Shown: piece after piece, positions 1-11,077 of the stretch
Layout: each line of letters begins with the position of its first letter
How positions within the stretch are numbered: the stretch's first letter is position 1
NCBI GenBank assembly: GCA_040437565.1
Contig: JBDOQK010000025.1
Location: 372,001-426,264, forward strand
Origin: Albugo candida
Taxonomy: Eukaryota
Direction: 5' to 3'
Length of the DNA: 54,264 bases
Position numbers and translations under genes: made by a program
The notes under the pieces: generated by a model
The model's database searches: none
What the model was told of the DNA's origin: nothing
The model's input: only the letters and a program-made list of their open reading frames with translations

Positions 1-138
1 TTCTGTCTTGTTCCCGTCAACCGATCTGGAAGGCATTTCCACCGTCTTTTCTCCTGCTGTCTCCATAACCGACTGTACCGCTATATGTGCCGTCATTATG
101 GTACATGATACTCAGACTCAGATAGTGCGCAATTCTGA

Positions 139-2202
139 ATGGATGCAGTCGAAGAATTCAATGACGTGTTTGGTGTCTCAATTCGATTTCGATTTCAATC
201 ACGGCGACCAATTCATCCCGACGCGAAAACGAAACTGGGAATGATACAATCACACTCGAAATTGTATCAGTATATCCAATCGCTGTTTGACTCCCAATCA
301 GCCAAACAGATTCGCGCTATCTTCCGCAATCGAAGAAACCAGTGGCTCCATCCAAGCGGGCTTCAAAGTGGCGCGACCAGTGTTCTATGCATCTTTTTTC
401 TTCATATTGCAAGTAAGAATCCTCCGCTTCGAAGAACTATCCTGTTCCTATTTTTCGACGCGCTTTTTTTCCATTGCGATGTATACGGAGAATCCGATGT
501 TTCGTGTCGCATGCAGACATTCCAGTCCGTTCTCTCATTTCATGAAATGAAATGTTTTGTGCGTTGGGAAGCGCTGATCTCTTTTTTCAAGCGACTACTT
601 CGTCTAAGCACAGATTCGATGGCCATTTTCCAAGAATGGATGAAAACTAGTTCGGCTGGACGAGCTTCTAATTGCGTTTTTGCGCACCTAAGCGGCGTGG
701 AACAACTTTTGAACGAGTATACACACTCAACGGCCATTTACGGCGGGCCATTACAACTTGAAATTATACAGTGCTTTTTGCAGTTTATATTGGAGTGTGA
801 GCTATTGCCTCAATGCAAACCATTGCAACAGGTAAATGCTTGCATTAACGACCGATTGTATCAATGGTTTTTCAGCAAGTTTCAATGCATCGCTACAATC
901 GACTTCAATTCTGTATGGAGGCAATCACTATTTAAGTTGATGGAGAGAACCTCTGTATTGTATCAGCATCAACGAGTTAGCGATGTGAATGTTGCTGCAG
1001 TCTTTGTACTTGGTATCAAAACGATTTCCGAGCAAACCTTTCTCAACTTATACGATGGCTGGTTCAAGATCTGTAAATCGGTAGCTTTGAACCACGAAAA
1101 CGGCGGGTTGGAACGATACAAAACGCATTTGCTCGTGCTCGTCGGAATTAGTGCTCACTGTCAAACGATGGATGTCAAAAGGGTTCTGGAACTTTTGCTT
1201 GAAATGACATCCTTCATTCGTAGAAACACTTCATATCTGTATGAGACTCAATTTGTCTTGTTCCTTATCGTTTACCTTGCGGTTTGCAGCCAAACTTCAT
1301 TGAACACCCTCAAACCAGATGCAAAGTTATTGCTCCAGGAATTCCGACTACAATTTCTCAGTGTGTTAGTTCCTCAACAAAGTCATTTGTACCGTTGTTT
1401 TCAGTCTCATAGCGTCTTCACACTGAAATCCAAAAAAGAACTTTGGCGCAAATGGTTTGATATTGAGCATCAAGAAGACCTCAATCGAAATTGGTCATCG
1501 GGCGATATTGAAGACGCTCTCGCATTCCGAAGACAATTCAAAGCAATCTCTTCGTGTATCCCATTACAAAGCCTTCAGCAATGGCCACATATGAAAGCGT
1601 TTCTCTCAACACAGCATCAACCACCTTCTTGTCGATTACTCACGACGAAGAAAAAGTTGATACTGCTCATGCAACCGCCTCCACACATTGAAGAAACGCC
1701 CGCGCAGCGTATGTCAGAGATGCTTCCGGATGAGCTTCTTATGCGGATTTTTTTATTTCTAAGCGCCAAACGGCTGTGCCGAATAGCGTCAGTGAACAAA
1801 CAATGTCACGAGCTTATATGCGGTACAAAAGTATGGACACAAAATGTATGGAAAGCGTTATATTTCAGATCGACATTTTGTGGATCAGTCTTAACGGGAC
1901 GTACCCGGTGTCCCCATGGTCCCTTATTCCATCATCAGTGGGCTCAAATGTACCAAGACCGGTTTTTGGCTATGCGCAAAATGATGCGAAGACGGGTAAA
2001 ACGAGATTCCTGTAGTTTACGTATGTGTTTGGTTTGTGGATGTCATCGTATCCTTAAAAGTATAGAGCTGGACTCTCATTTAGCACTTCATGCAAAATAC
2101 ACATGCACCCTACCGCTTTGTAATGCGACGTTTCTTGCGAAAACCGCATTGTTAACACATCAACGAAACCATACGAAAAAAAGGAAACGTGGTGGTACAT
2201 AG
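139..2202 (+). CDS. F-box domain protein with C-terminal C2H2-type zinc finger(s) and basic NLS-like tail
   Basis: 687-aa intronless ORF. F-box signature LPDELLMRIFLFLSAKRLCRIASVNKQCHELI lies near the C-terminus, followed by CLVC...HLALH and YTCTLPLCNATFLAKTALLTHQRNH (C-x4-C-x12-H-x3-H); ends KKRKRGGT. Confidence 0.75.
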   Translation: MDAVEEFNDVFGVSIRFRFQSRRPIHPDAKTKLGMIQSHSKLYQYIQSLFDSQSAKQIRAIFRNRRNQWLHPSGLQSGATSVLCIFFLHIASKNPPLRRTILFLFFDALFFHCDVYGESDVSCRMQTFQSVLSFHEMKCFVRWEALISFFKRLLRLSTDSMAIFQEWMKTSSAGRASNCVFAHLSGVEQLLNEYTHSTAIYGGPLQLEIIQCFLQFILECELLPQCKPLQQVNACINDRLYQWFFSKFQCIATIDFNSVWRQSLFKLMERTSVLYQHQRVSDVNVAAVFVLGIKTISEQTFLNLYDGWFKICKSVALNHENGGLERYKTHLLVLVGISAHCQTMDVKRVLELLLEMTSFIRRNTSYLYETQFVLFLIVYLAVCSQTSLNTLKPDAKLLLQEFRLQFLSVLVPQQSHLYRCFQSHSVFTLKSKKELWRKWFDIEHQEDLNRNWSSGDIEDALAFRRQFKAISSCIPLQSLQQWPHMKAFLSTQHQPPSCRLLTTKKKLILLMQPPPHIEETPAQRMSEMLPDELLMRIFLFLSAKRLCRIASVNKQCHELICGTKVWTQNVWKALYFRSTFCGSVLTGRTRCPHGPLFHHQWAQMYQDRFLAMRKMMRRRVKRDSCSLRMCLVCGCHRILKSIELDSHLALHAKYTCTLPLCNATFLAKTALLTHQRNHTKKRKRGGT

Positions 2203-2317
2203 AGGGACATTCTGGTACACGCGTACGAGCTGATTATCTGACTCGTCAAGATATAATTAGTGGGACGGAAGGGAAACGTTCCACCCTAAAGGGGACCAAA
2301 GACATTGTGAAGTAATT

Positions 2318-3275
2318 ATGTACTCTATGGAATCAGACAAGCAGCACACAGAAAATTTGGACAGCACCTTGAACGAGATACGCAATACTCATCACGTTAT
2401 CATCAAGAATATCGCAAGACTGCAAGAGCGCACAAAAGAGATTCTACAAGGTACCGATCGTTCGTTTTATTCACCCGACACAATCTAATGCAGACCAATC
2501 AGAACACGAAAAGGACATACGTAGCATGTGCGAAGCAAAACTTGAGGCGCAAAAAGATATGCAAGAAACAAATACATGCGTTCAATCCAATGATGATGTC
2601 TCGTACTGGGTTGGAAAAACCCAACAGCTTAATGTTCAGGTGGAGTGGGGTCGAGAGCTTGCGACTCGGTTGAATACACTGAATCAAAATTTGATGAAAG
2701 AAAATCAATGTCTTAAGATTGAAAACTCGACACAGAAACAAGAGTGTGAGTTTTTAATGAAGCAAATTGTCAACGTTAAAAAAGAAAACGGACGATTACG
2801 GTCGCATTTCGAAGAAACGAGATGTGAAATTGAAGCGTCAAAAGGTTTGAAAAAGAGTATCATGTCAGTGTCTACGAGTGCATTACCGCACGTCAAGCCA
2901 TCGGAATGGAATTTTATTGCCCGCAACACCCAACGCCCCGCGTCCGCAAAAAAGTGTTCAAACGACATGAAGTCGATGGGTACAGTCCCGGATACACGCT
3001 ACAAAGAAATTATCAAGCGTCTAAAACGACTTTTGGAGACTGAACGTCAAAATTTGCAAAATGTACGCACTTTATACACTTCGCACCAACAGAATCGAAC
3101 CGAACTTGAGAACCTTATCGAAGCTTGTGTGAACGACATTCGATTACGGCGGAATCAGCCGGCTCAAAACAGTAATGAGCTTGACAGAAAAGAACGTAAA
3201 GCTCTGATGAAAAAATTATGCAAACAAGAACGAATTTTACAACTATTATCGGCTGCAATCCACACGTCGACGTGA
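2318..3275 (+). CDS. Coiled-coil hypothetical protein (2 exons)
   Basis: ATG at 2318. GT-AG intron 2451-2493 joins exon 1 in frame to the 2526-3275 ORF. Heptad-rich, charged helical sequence. Confidence 0.65.
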
Positions 3276-4343
3276 AGCACATTGCAGTGTCTTTTGGACA
3301 TTGACGTTTGGACGACACGAAAACGCCATTGTATGCGCGACTACGTCAAAATTTGTTCGTCGTTGTCGCTGGCACCACGAAATGTTGTCTATTCAGAACG
3401 AAAACGTTCATGTCCGCTGACTGCAAATTAGTATGATCGGATACGATGCACATTGGCGCCCGAGTGTCGAGGCGAAAGTACGTGCACATTGTGTAGAGCG
3501 CACTTATCTAGAGCGACTGCTACACTAGACGATGTTGAAGAGCCGTAACAGCCACGTGGTAAAATATTGCAGCTACATTGCATGAACCGTTGAATACGGT
3601 TTCAGTACGTTATAGAGACATGTTATGAAAGCGACATCTTGAAACTGTCATTTTAATTTCTTCAAGCTCGATACGTTAATTTTGACATATAGATGGCGTA
3701 GACGTTAATTATGATAAGATGTGTAGGTGTGCGACTGTGATGGGACATCATGTGGATGCGCCGACATTTGATCGCGTGTTTTTATGTTGCACAAAAATGT
3801 GTCTGTGAAATAGTATTTACGAATCGGTACGATAGAGTATGTTAAGATTCCAAATGTCGCAAGTTTCTTGACATGCAAAACATATGTTGTCGCATGAATT
3901 GCAGTCAAATTCTTACCGTAACAGAATTACAATTATTTTAACCCATCCGTTTCAAAATTCGTTACCAAAAGAAAGAAAAACAAAAAAGAAGAAAAATGAT
4001 CTGAATCAGTCCATCCTGCCAATTTTTTGAATTATGAAACTACTATCGTCTCATACTTTAGACAGTATACTCTTCAAGATTGTATCATCGTCCTAGGTGC
4101 GGGTCTAGATTTTTAGAAAAAGAAACGCGTTTGATGCAGATGAAAATAGTAACTACCGACTAAAAGGTATACAAACATTCAGTACCATACGCTTGACACT
4201 TTTGCTTCAACAAAATATAAAAGAAATCCAAAAAGAGTGAAGGATATTGGCAATACAAACAGATCCTTTTCGGTCGTCTTCATTCCTTCTTTTTAGTACT
4301 CGAGCAAAAACACTAAAGTATTAAAGTTTTGTTAACTTATGCG

Positions 4344-5486
4344 ATGGGTCGACCACAGTTGGTCAAGATCACAACCGATAATACAAACAAACTCAATGAA
4401 CACGTTTCCATCGAAACGCCAACAAACTCGTTCTCGGAACACTCGCCTTGTGCTTTTCATTTGACACCAAAAAGTAATATGAAAAGTAAAACTGAATCAA
4501 TCGCTTTGATACGTGCTTCAGGAATGACAAAATTGAGCAGAGGATCTCCGTATTCGCATCCACTTCATTCCATGCCGAAAAAGTCCATGTCGCTACCGGT
4601 TGACTATAACCCTGCAAGCGCTAATTTTGAAGCATTCAGTCTGAATTTTCATTTGCCGTTGAAAATCGCAGCAGAGAAATTCGGAGTTCGAGCGACCGCA
4701 TTTAAGAAGCGTTGTCGAGCTATTGGAATACGTCATTGGCCGTATCGTAAAGTTCGAAGCTTGAGGCGATCTTTACAAGAGCTGAGTCGTTGTAAGGAGC
4801 AAGGAACATTGAGTGACAAACAGCAGTACCAGCTTTCTATCTTCAAGAAGCAATTAGATCGACTGATGGCTCCAGAAACATATGGGATCGATCCTTCCGG
4901 CCGAATCACTGTGTCAATGAATACCTTTGATTCAGACGAATTCAATGAAGATTCACAAGATGAAGAAATGTACCCAAACATACAAAGTCCAAGTTACGGT
5001 GCCACATTAGATGATTGTACCATTAGCCCCGCTGAAGGGGACAAATCGTTTGGTGATTTTTCAGCGTTGGGACATTTACGTTCATTTCGAAAAGAATCGT
5101 CCGCCGGAATGTATGACACACAATTGTACCGCTCAAATGGCACACATACATTCAAATGTTTGAACGATTCCGCAATGAATTCCGATGCCAAAGACAAGCT
5201 TCAGTTCACGTCGTACGACCATTATTTACATGCCAGCGATCCACAAAGTAAGTCAATTGCACGAAATCGAAACAATTTGTCTTTTGGTACGTTTACAAAC
5301 TCCGACGAAAATGCTCAGCCGTCCACCGGATACGGCTACGATCTCATGACGAACGAGTTCAAATACGACGTGCGCTCTCTCGCAGACGATTCGCTCGCGG
5401 AATCCCACGGAATTGATTATGCCAGCGAAAGGTTTTTCGACGATGTTTTTCTACAAATCTCTCCGGATTATGGATGTCTAGTCTAA
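4344..5486 (+). CDS. RWP-RK domain transcription factor
   Basis: FHLPLKIAAEKFGVRATAFKKRCRAIGIRHWPYRKVRSL is the RWP-RK signature; first in-frame ATG at 4344; acidic C-terminal tail. Confidence 0.9.
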   Translation: MGRPQLVKITTDNTNKLNEHVSIETPTNSFSEHSPCAFHLTPKSNMKSKTESIALIRASGMTKLSRGSPYSHPLHSMPKKSMSLPVDYNPASANFEAFSLNFHLPLKIAAEKFGVRATAFKKRCRAIGIRHWPYRKVRSLRRSLQELSRCKEQGTLSDKQQYQLSIFKKQLDRLMAPETYGIDPSGRITVSMNTFDSDEFNEDSQDEEMYPNIQSPSYGATLDDCTISPAEGDKSFGDFSALGHLRSFRKESSAGMYDTQLYRSNGTHTFKCLNDSAMNSDAKDKLQFTSYDHYLHASDPQSKSIARNRNNLSFGTFTNSDENAQPSTGYGYDLMTNEFKYDVRSLADDSLAESHGIDYASERFFDDVFLQISPDYGCLV

Positions 5487-5542
5487 GTACATTGCGTGAT
5501 ATATACAAGAAGCAAAATACGAAAATGTTTTTGTATTGTATT

Positions 5543-6892
5543 CTAGTATTCTTCTCCTAGCTCTTCATCTTCGCCGTCCGCGGTCTCAGCGCTAACTTCC
5601 TCATAGTCTTTTTCCAATGCAGCCAAATCTTCGCGCGCTTCCGAAAACTCCCCTTCTTCCATTCCCTCGCCAACATACCAATGCACGAAAGCCCGTTTTG
5701 CGTACATCAAATCAAATTTGTGATCAATGCGTGAAAATACTTCTGCAATGGCACTCGTATTGGAAATCATGCACACAGCACGCTGAACGCGAGCCAAATC
5801 ACCGCCAGGGACCACTGTCGGTGGTTGATAATTGATTCCGCACTTGAATCCGGTCGGACACCAGTCCACAAATTGAATCGTGCGTTTTGTTTTGATTGTC
5901 GCCACAGCCGCATTCACGTCTTTCGGCACAACATCTCCTCTGTACATAAGACAGGTTGCCATGTACTTTCCGTGACGAGGATCGCATTTGGCCATCATAG
6001 AACCTGGCTCGAACGCCGAACTTGTTATTTCCGCCACCGATAACTGTTCGTGATACGCTTTCTCCGCGGATATAACTGGAGCATACGAACTCAACATGAA
6101 ATGAATACGAGGATACGGCACCAAATTCGTCTGAAATTCTGTGATATCGACATTTAAAGAGCCGTCAAATCGTAGCGAAGTGGTCAGAGAAGAGATCACT
6201 TGAGCAATGAGACGATTTAGATTGGTGTACGATGGACGCTCGATATCCAAGGAGCGACGACAAATGTCATAAATTGCTTCATTATCCAACATCACAGCGA
6301 CATCAGTGTGCTCCAGTAGAGAATGAGTCGATAGAACCGAGTTGTATGGCTCTACAACTGCTGTAGAGACTTGTGGGGAAGGATAAATTGTGAATCCAAG
6401 CTTCGATTTGCGCCCGTAATCCACCGATAATCTCTCCAGCAAAAGTGACCCAAGCCCTGAACCGGTTCCACCACCAACAGCATTGAATACCATAAAGCCT
6501 TGTAATCCTGTGCAGTTATCAGCCAACTTGCGAATTCGATCCAATACTAAATCTACCACCTCTTTACCAATTGTGTAATGCCCACGCGCGTAATTGTTCG
6601 CTGCATCCTCTTTTCCAGAAATAATTTGCTCTGGATGGTATAATTGCCGATAAATTCCGGTTCGGACTTCATCACAGACGGTTGGCTCTAAATCGACGAA
6701 CACAGCACGAGGAACGTGTTTTCCAGCGCTCGTTTCAGAGAAAAACGTCGAGAAGGAATCATCACCACCCATTGAGCTCTCCGATGTCGACCCATTTGCC
6801 TCGATTCCGTGCTCCAAACAATATAATTCCCAGCACGCATTTCCAACTTGTATTCCACCTTGTCCCAAATGAATGGATAGAATTTCACGCAT
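5543..6892 (-). CDS. TUBA: Alpha-tubulin (divergent K40 loop)
   Basis: MREI start, GGGTGSG tubulin signature, C-terminal acidic tail ending EEY; 449 aa, intronless. Confidence 0.98.
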   Translation of the reverse strand: MREILSIHLGQGGIQVGNACWELYCLEHGIEANGSTSESSMGGDDSFSTFFSETSAGKHVPRAVFVDLEPTVCDEVRTGIYRQLYHPEQIISGKEDAANNYARGHYTIGKEVVDLVLDRIRKLADNCTGLQGFMVFNAVGGGTGSGLGSLLLERLSVDYGRKSKLGFTIYPSPQVSTAVVEPYNSVLSTHSLLEHTDVAVMLDNEAIYDICRRSLDIERPSYTNLNRLIAQVISSLTTSLRFDGSLNVDITEFQTNLVPYPRIHFMLSSYAPVISAEKAYHEQLSVAEITSSAFEPGSMMAKCDPRHGKYMATCLMYRGDVVPKDVNAAVATIKTKRTIQFVDWCPTGFKCGINYQPPTVVPGGDLARVQRAVCMISNTSAIAEVFSRIDHKFDLMYAKRAFVHWYVGEGMEEGEFSEAREDLAALEKDYEEVSAETADGEDEELGEEY

Positions 6893-7296
6893 TATTCAGA
6901 TTGTTGCGTATGAGGCTGCTTAAGAGTGAAAGGATGCAAGCTTGCGTGTATTTCGAGTTGTGAGAGCAATTGGTTGCACTGGCGCGAGAATACGAAGCGA
7001 AGAAAAAGAGTCGAATGTGAGGACGAGACGATGTTGGGAAGGCTATCGAGCAGTTAACAGGTAAGAATAAGGTTTGACCAATCATCAACAAATAAATGTT
7101 TAATTATAACATGATAAGAAGCTGTGATATGGATTTTGATTGGTTGTTATTAATTAAGGACGGTGACAATAACTCTTTCAAATAGAAAAGACTTGATAAA
7201 AATAAGTATGTCAGCTGTAGAAGAAGGTTTGATTGGTTGGTATGAATAGATGGTCTGGTTGCTTAAATGTGCTTGATTTAGAAAAATGTTGACGGA

Positions 7297-8805
7297 ATGT
7301 TCGCTCTCGCGGACCATCCGATCGCCATCGAAAAGCTTCCAAACACCCAAACCAAGCGCCAAAAATCGGGACTTTCACCATGCCAATCATCTCAAGCGAT
7401 CTCCAATACTGATTGTAAAACCTTGTTTCGCCATCCACTTGGTCTGAAGCCTTCAGGAAACTTGTACGAAGACTTTTATCGAGGAAGAAAATGCATTCGC
7501 GGCAAAAGCCTTGGGCCCTTCTTTACAGCCTTACCAGACGAGCAGTTGCTATTAATTCTAAGTATGCTGAATGCGAGCGACCTACTTTTTTTTGGTACTT
7601 GCAGTCGAGCTTTCTACGTTTTGTGCTCCCACGACGAACTTTGGCGAGCGCTCGTCCTGGAAGAATTGAATGGAGGCTTTTCAATTCAAAAGACATGGAA
7701 AAGCTCTTACATTTGCACCAAAGCTGGCACAACGCAATGGAAAATAGCTAAAATTCAAGTACCCGGCTTGTATTCGGATGTGTTTTTCCAGTCATTTTAT
7801 TGCGCCCAAACTCCCATACGAGCAGAATGGCTTTGCGTTGAAACTCTAGATCGAATCGATGCTTCCTCGTTACCTATGTCAAAGTTTACAGAGCTCTACG
7901 ATATTAGAAACCGTCCGGTTATTCTCAAAAACGCGACAACACATTGGCCAGCGCTCAAGAAATGGACCTCCGACTCGTATTTGATTCAAACCTGCCAAGA
8001 AAAAACATTGAATGCAGGCGGGTACGCGTTCACAATCGAAAACTATTTGAAGTACTGCCGTACGCTAAGAGACGATCAGCCGCTGTGCATTTTCGACAAG
8101 GACTTTGCTGCCAAGATCCCGTCACTTGCTCTCGACTACGACGTTCCTCAGTATTTCCAGCACGACCTGGGCGCTCTATTAGGTCAGGAATTTCGACCTG
8201 ATTATCGATGGCTTATCATCGGACCGGAACGTTCAGGATCCACATTTCACATCGATCCTAATGCTACAAATGCATGGAATGCGGTCATCAAGGGAGCTAA
8301 AAAATGGATTCTCTTCCCTCCAAAATGCACTCCCCCCGGCGTTTTTCCTAGTGAGGATCAGAGTGTTGTCTCGACGCCAATATCTCTAATGGAATGGTTT
8401 TTGACGTTTTATGCTGAAATAGGCAAACTTCCGCCTCATCAACGGCCATTGGAAGGAATATGCCGCGCTGGAGAAGTGGTTTATGTTCCGCACGGATGGT
8501 GGCATCTGGTGCTCAATATTGAAGAATCGATCGCTATCACACAAAACTTTATAAGTGTTGGCAATGTGAAAAGCGTTTTGCGTTTTTTGAGTGAAAAACC
8601 GGACCAAGTTTCAGGTTGTGCACATGAGATACGTCCTAAACTCAGCAGTATGCTCAAAGAGTTATTGATGCAACATGAGCCCACCCTGATGGCGCAAATA
8701 GAAAAGGAAATGCGTACAAGCGAAGAGAAACGATCCCAATGGGGGAACGTATTGAAGGATCAATCGTTCAATTTCTCCTTTCAGTTCGAAGAAGCAGTGC
8801 GATAA
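7297..8805 (+). CDS. F-box and JmjC domain protein (JMJD6-like 2-oxoglutarate/Fe(II) oxygenase)
   Basis: F-box LPDEQLLLILSML...LCSHDELWR; JmjC motifs YRWLIIGPERSGSTFHIDPNATNAWN (HxD) and VYVPHGWWHLVLN (distal His). Confidence 0.9.
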   Translation: MFALADHPIAIEKLPNTQTKRQKSGLSPCQSSQAISNTDCKTLFRHPLGLKPSGNLYEDFYRGRKCIRGKSLGPFFTALPDEQLLLILSMLNASDLLFFGTCSRAFYVLCSHDELWRALVLEELNGGFSIQKTWKSSYICTKAGTTQWKIAKIQVPGLYSDVFFQSFYCAQTPIRAEWLCVETLDRIDASSLPMSKFTELYDIRNRPVILKNATTHWPALKKWTSDSYLIQTCQEKTLNAGGYAFTIENYLKYCRTLRDDQPLCIFDKDFAAKIPSLALDYDVPQYFQHDLGALLGQEFRPDYRWLIIGPERSGSTFHIDPNATNAWNAVIKGAKKWILFPPKCTPPGVFPSEDQSVVSTPISLMEWFLTFYAEIGKLPPHQRPLEGICRAGEVVYVPHGWWHLVLNIEESIAITQNFISVGNVKSVLRFLSEKPDQVSGCAHEIRPKLSSMLKELLMQHEPTLMAQIEKEMRTSEEKRSQWGNVLKDQSFNFSFQFEEAVR

Positions 8806-8968
8806 ACGCTCTTATGATATGTGCGTTTTGCTTCAAGCAGTAGCTTTATTCAGTTTGCATGATCGTGTAATAAAATGAATCATTTTGGGTATTTATGTCG
8901 TAATGTCGTATACATTTGCCGATAAACGTAAGTATACCGATCAACGCCTCACAATCAAAAGCACAATT

Positions 8969-10382
8969 ATGGCGATCGGTGTCGTTCGTGAAGTAGATCG
9001 AGCAATTGGAGCGGCCACAGCTTTACTATTTGGATTCGGAATTATGATGGTATGTTCAAAATCTATTTCCATGTTATCATATTCAGAGTACCTATCGATT
9101 AGATTCGAGAATGCTTGCGCCCTCCAAACGATCGGTTCAAATGGAGCCAACTCATCGCCAGCAAACCGGACCAATATCATCAGTGCGTTTATAACATTAC
9201 GTCCTACCAAAACTATCTTCCCACGTAATTCAGGAGCAAATTTCATACTCTTCAGCTTCCTCTCTTCCAGCATTACGGCTCCTGCGAATGTAGCGCGATG
9301 CGGTATCCGGCGCTGCGATGCTCTCAATTCGTTATTCTCACTTGTGTGCAAGATTTCTGGTGTTAGCGCCTAAAATTGTGGACGCATTCGATGATTCAAA
9401 TGCAATTTCTTGCAAAAAAGGGAGATTTCCATATTTGGTACCATCATTCCTGCAACCAATTTCGTAATTTTATACAATGTTGTTTCAGATTGTTCCCGTC
9501 TCGTGTTTCGATATGCTCAAGTCTTCGAGTGGTTTTGCCATTTACGAAACCTCGTCCGTTCAGCATGTATTTTGCAGGAACTGCGGTACAGCATGTATCA
9601 AATTTCTCCAACGGTTGTGGAATCAACGCTCACTGTAGGCATCCACATTTTTCATTTCGATAAGAGCCAGTCAGAGCACGTAGCAGTGAATGTATTTTGT
9701 ATGGAAGAAGACACATTTGATACATTACGCGTGCGTTCCTTTTCGGAATATTTCTACCAACACTGCCAACATGCCAAACGTATTCGAGTAGATTGTTTTT
9801 GTACCCAAAGGCTCTCGTCCAATGTACGGATCGCTTCCTCTTCGACCCACAAACGCACATGTAATGAAATCACGTCAATCACGCTTTTGTTAAATCTTTG
9901 AAATCACAAAATTTCAGATATTAACGCGTCACAATCCGTCAAACGAGAAAGAATCTGATAAACCGATCGACACGCACCTGTAAGGTCGCGCTGAAGTCAC
10001 CTTCCATGCATTAACTTGTTTATGCAGATACTTTCAAAAGCAGCTTATGATGTGGGCACATCTGGACAGCGAAGACTCCAACTGTCCGACTGCATCGGAC
10101 GACTCACAGTCAACCACCTCAAGTACCCTCGCGACTGCAGAGGGACTGCATTCGCACTCCACGGTACGAGTTACCAGACTCTATTTAATTATTCATCACA
10201 GTTTCTTTTAAAGTGTCAGTTCACATCGGATGTTATGACAATGAAATCACAGCTCGAGTATTACCTTAAGGTATGCATTCTTTATTTATTCAGAGCTATT
10301 ATGCACCTACATTCATTTTTAGCGGCATCTCGAGCAGGAAGGAAGTCAGGTTGCAATGGAACAATCCAACTTCGCTGTCTAG
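8969..10382 (+). CDS. CENP-V/GFA-like zinc-binding protein with N-terminal hydrophobic anchor (about 11 exons; not visible in the ORF track)
   Basis: Manual splicing through ten short GT-AG introns (e.g. 9050-9102, 9303-9352, 9438-9488, 9586-9638) gives one open frame: MAIGVV...GFGIMM / ...HYGSCECSAMRFLVLAPKIVDAFDDSNAISCKKGRFPYLIVPVSCF...QHVFCRNCGIHIFHFDKSQSEHVAVNVFCMEE.../...QLEYYLKRHLEQ...NFAV*. This matches the GFA/CENP-V pattern HxGxCxC...HxFCxxCG...VAVNxxC. Confidence 0.7.
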
Positions 10383-10439
10383 TTTTGATCTAACTACATA
10401 TATAACCATTATCTTTCTTTAACTCTGTAACTGATACCA

Positions 10440-11052
10440 ATGCCTGCATCACGCGATGATGATCACTATGCGACGCTCGGAGTTGATCGGAACGCAGATA
10501 TAGAGCAAATCAAAGCGGCATACCGCTCATTAGGTACCTGCACGTAATTGTTTTTGTTCGAATCGTCTAAGTGAACCATCCTGTCAAGCACTTGTTCATC
10601 ACCCGGATCGTAAGGGGTCAACTAAAGCACGCGATCTGGTGAAAGAGTCGAAGATTAGGAGAATCAATGCGGCCTATGACGTGTTGAGTAACGCGAATGA
10701 TCGAAAAGCGTACGATCGCGAGAGATTTGGTGAGAGTTATTCAAACTTTAATGAAACGCGTTACGGAAACACTGGGACGTATGCTGGGATGACGGAAGAC
10801 GATGTAAATCGCATGTTTTCGGGGCTTAATACATTTGAGCGATTTACAACGGCTGAATATTATGCGCGTCGTTCGTACCGCGCTCCTATGGCAATAGGTA
10901 GAAGACGAACCAATTTAGAAGAAAGGAAAGCGTATCGTGCAACCCAATTACCATCCAAAGCTTCTTCATTGTGGCTGCTTCTACTTCCCGTTGGAATTGG
11001 CGGTCTTTGGATATATAACATTAATAGAGTTCGGAAAGCAGCACAGTCATAA
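10440..11052 (+). CDS. DnaJ/Hsp40 J-domain protein with C-terminal transmembrane segment
   Basis: ATG at 10440; DHYATLGVDRNADIEQIKAAYRSL / intron / ALVHHPDRK (HPD motif)...INAAYDVLSN..RKAYD; C-terminal LWLLLLPVGIGGLWIY. Confidence 0.88.
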
Positions 11053-11077
11053 TACATACATTTGCGGCTGATTTGTT

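Noticed and set aside
8941-9860. Minus-strand ORFs 8941-9351, 9444-9626 and 9630-9860
   Set aside because: Explained as antisense shadows of the spliced plus-strand GFA-like gene.
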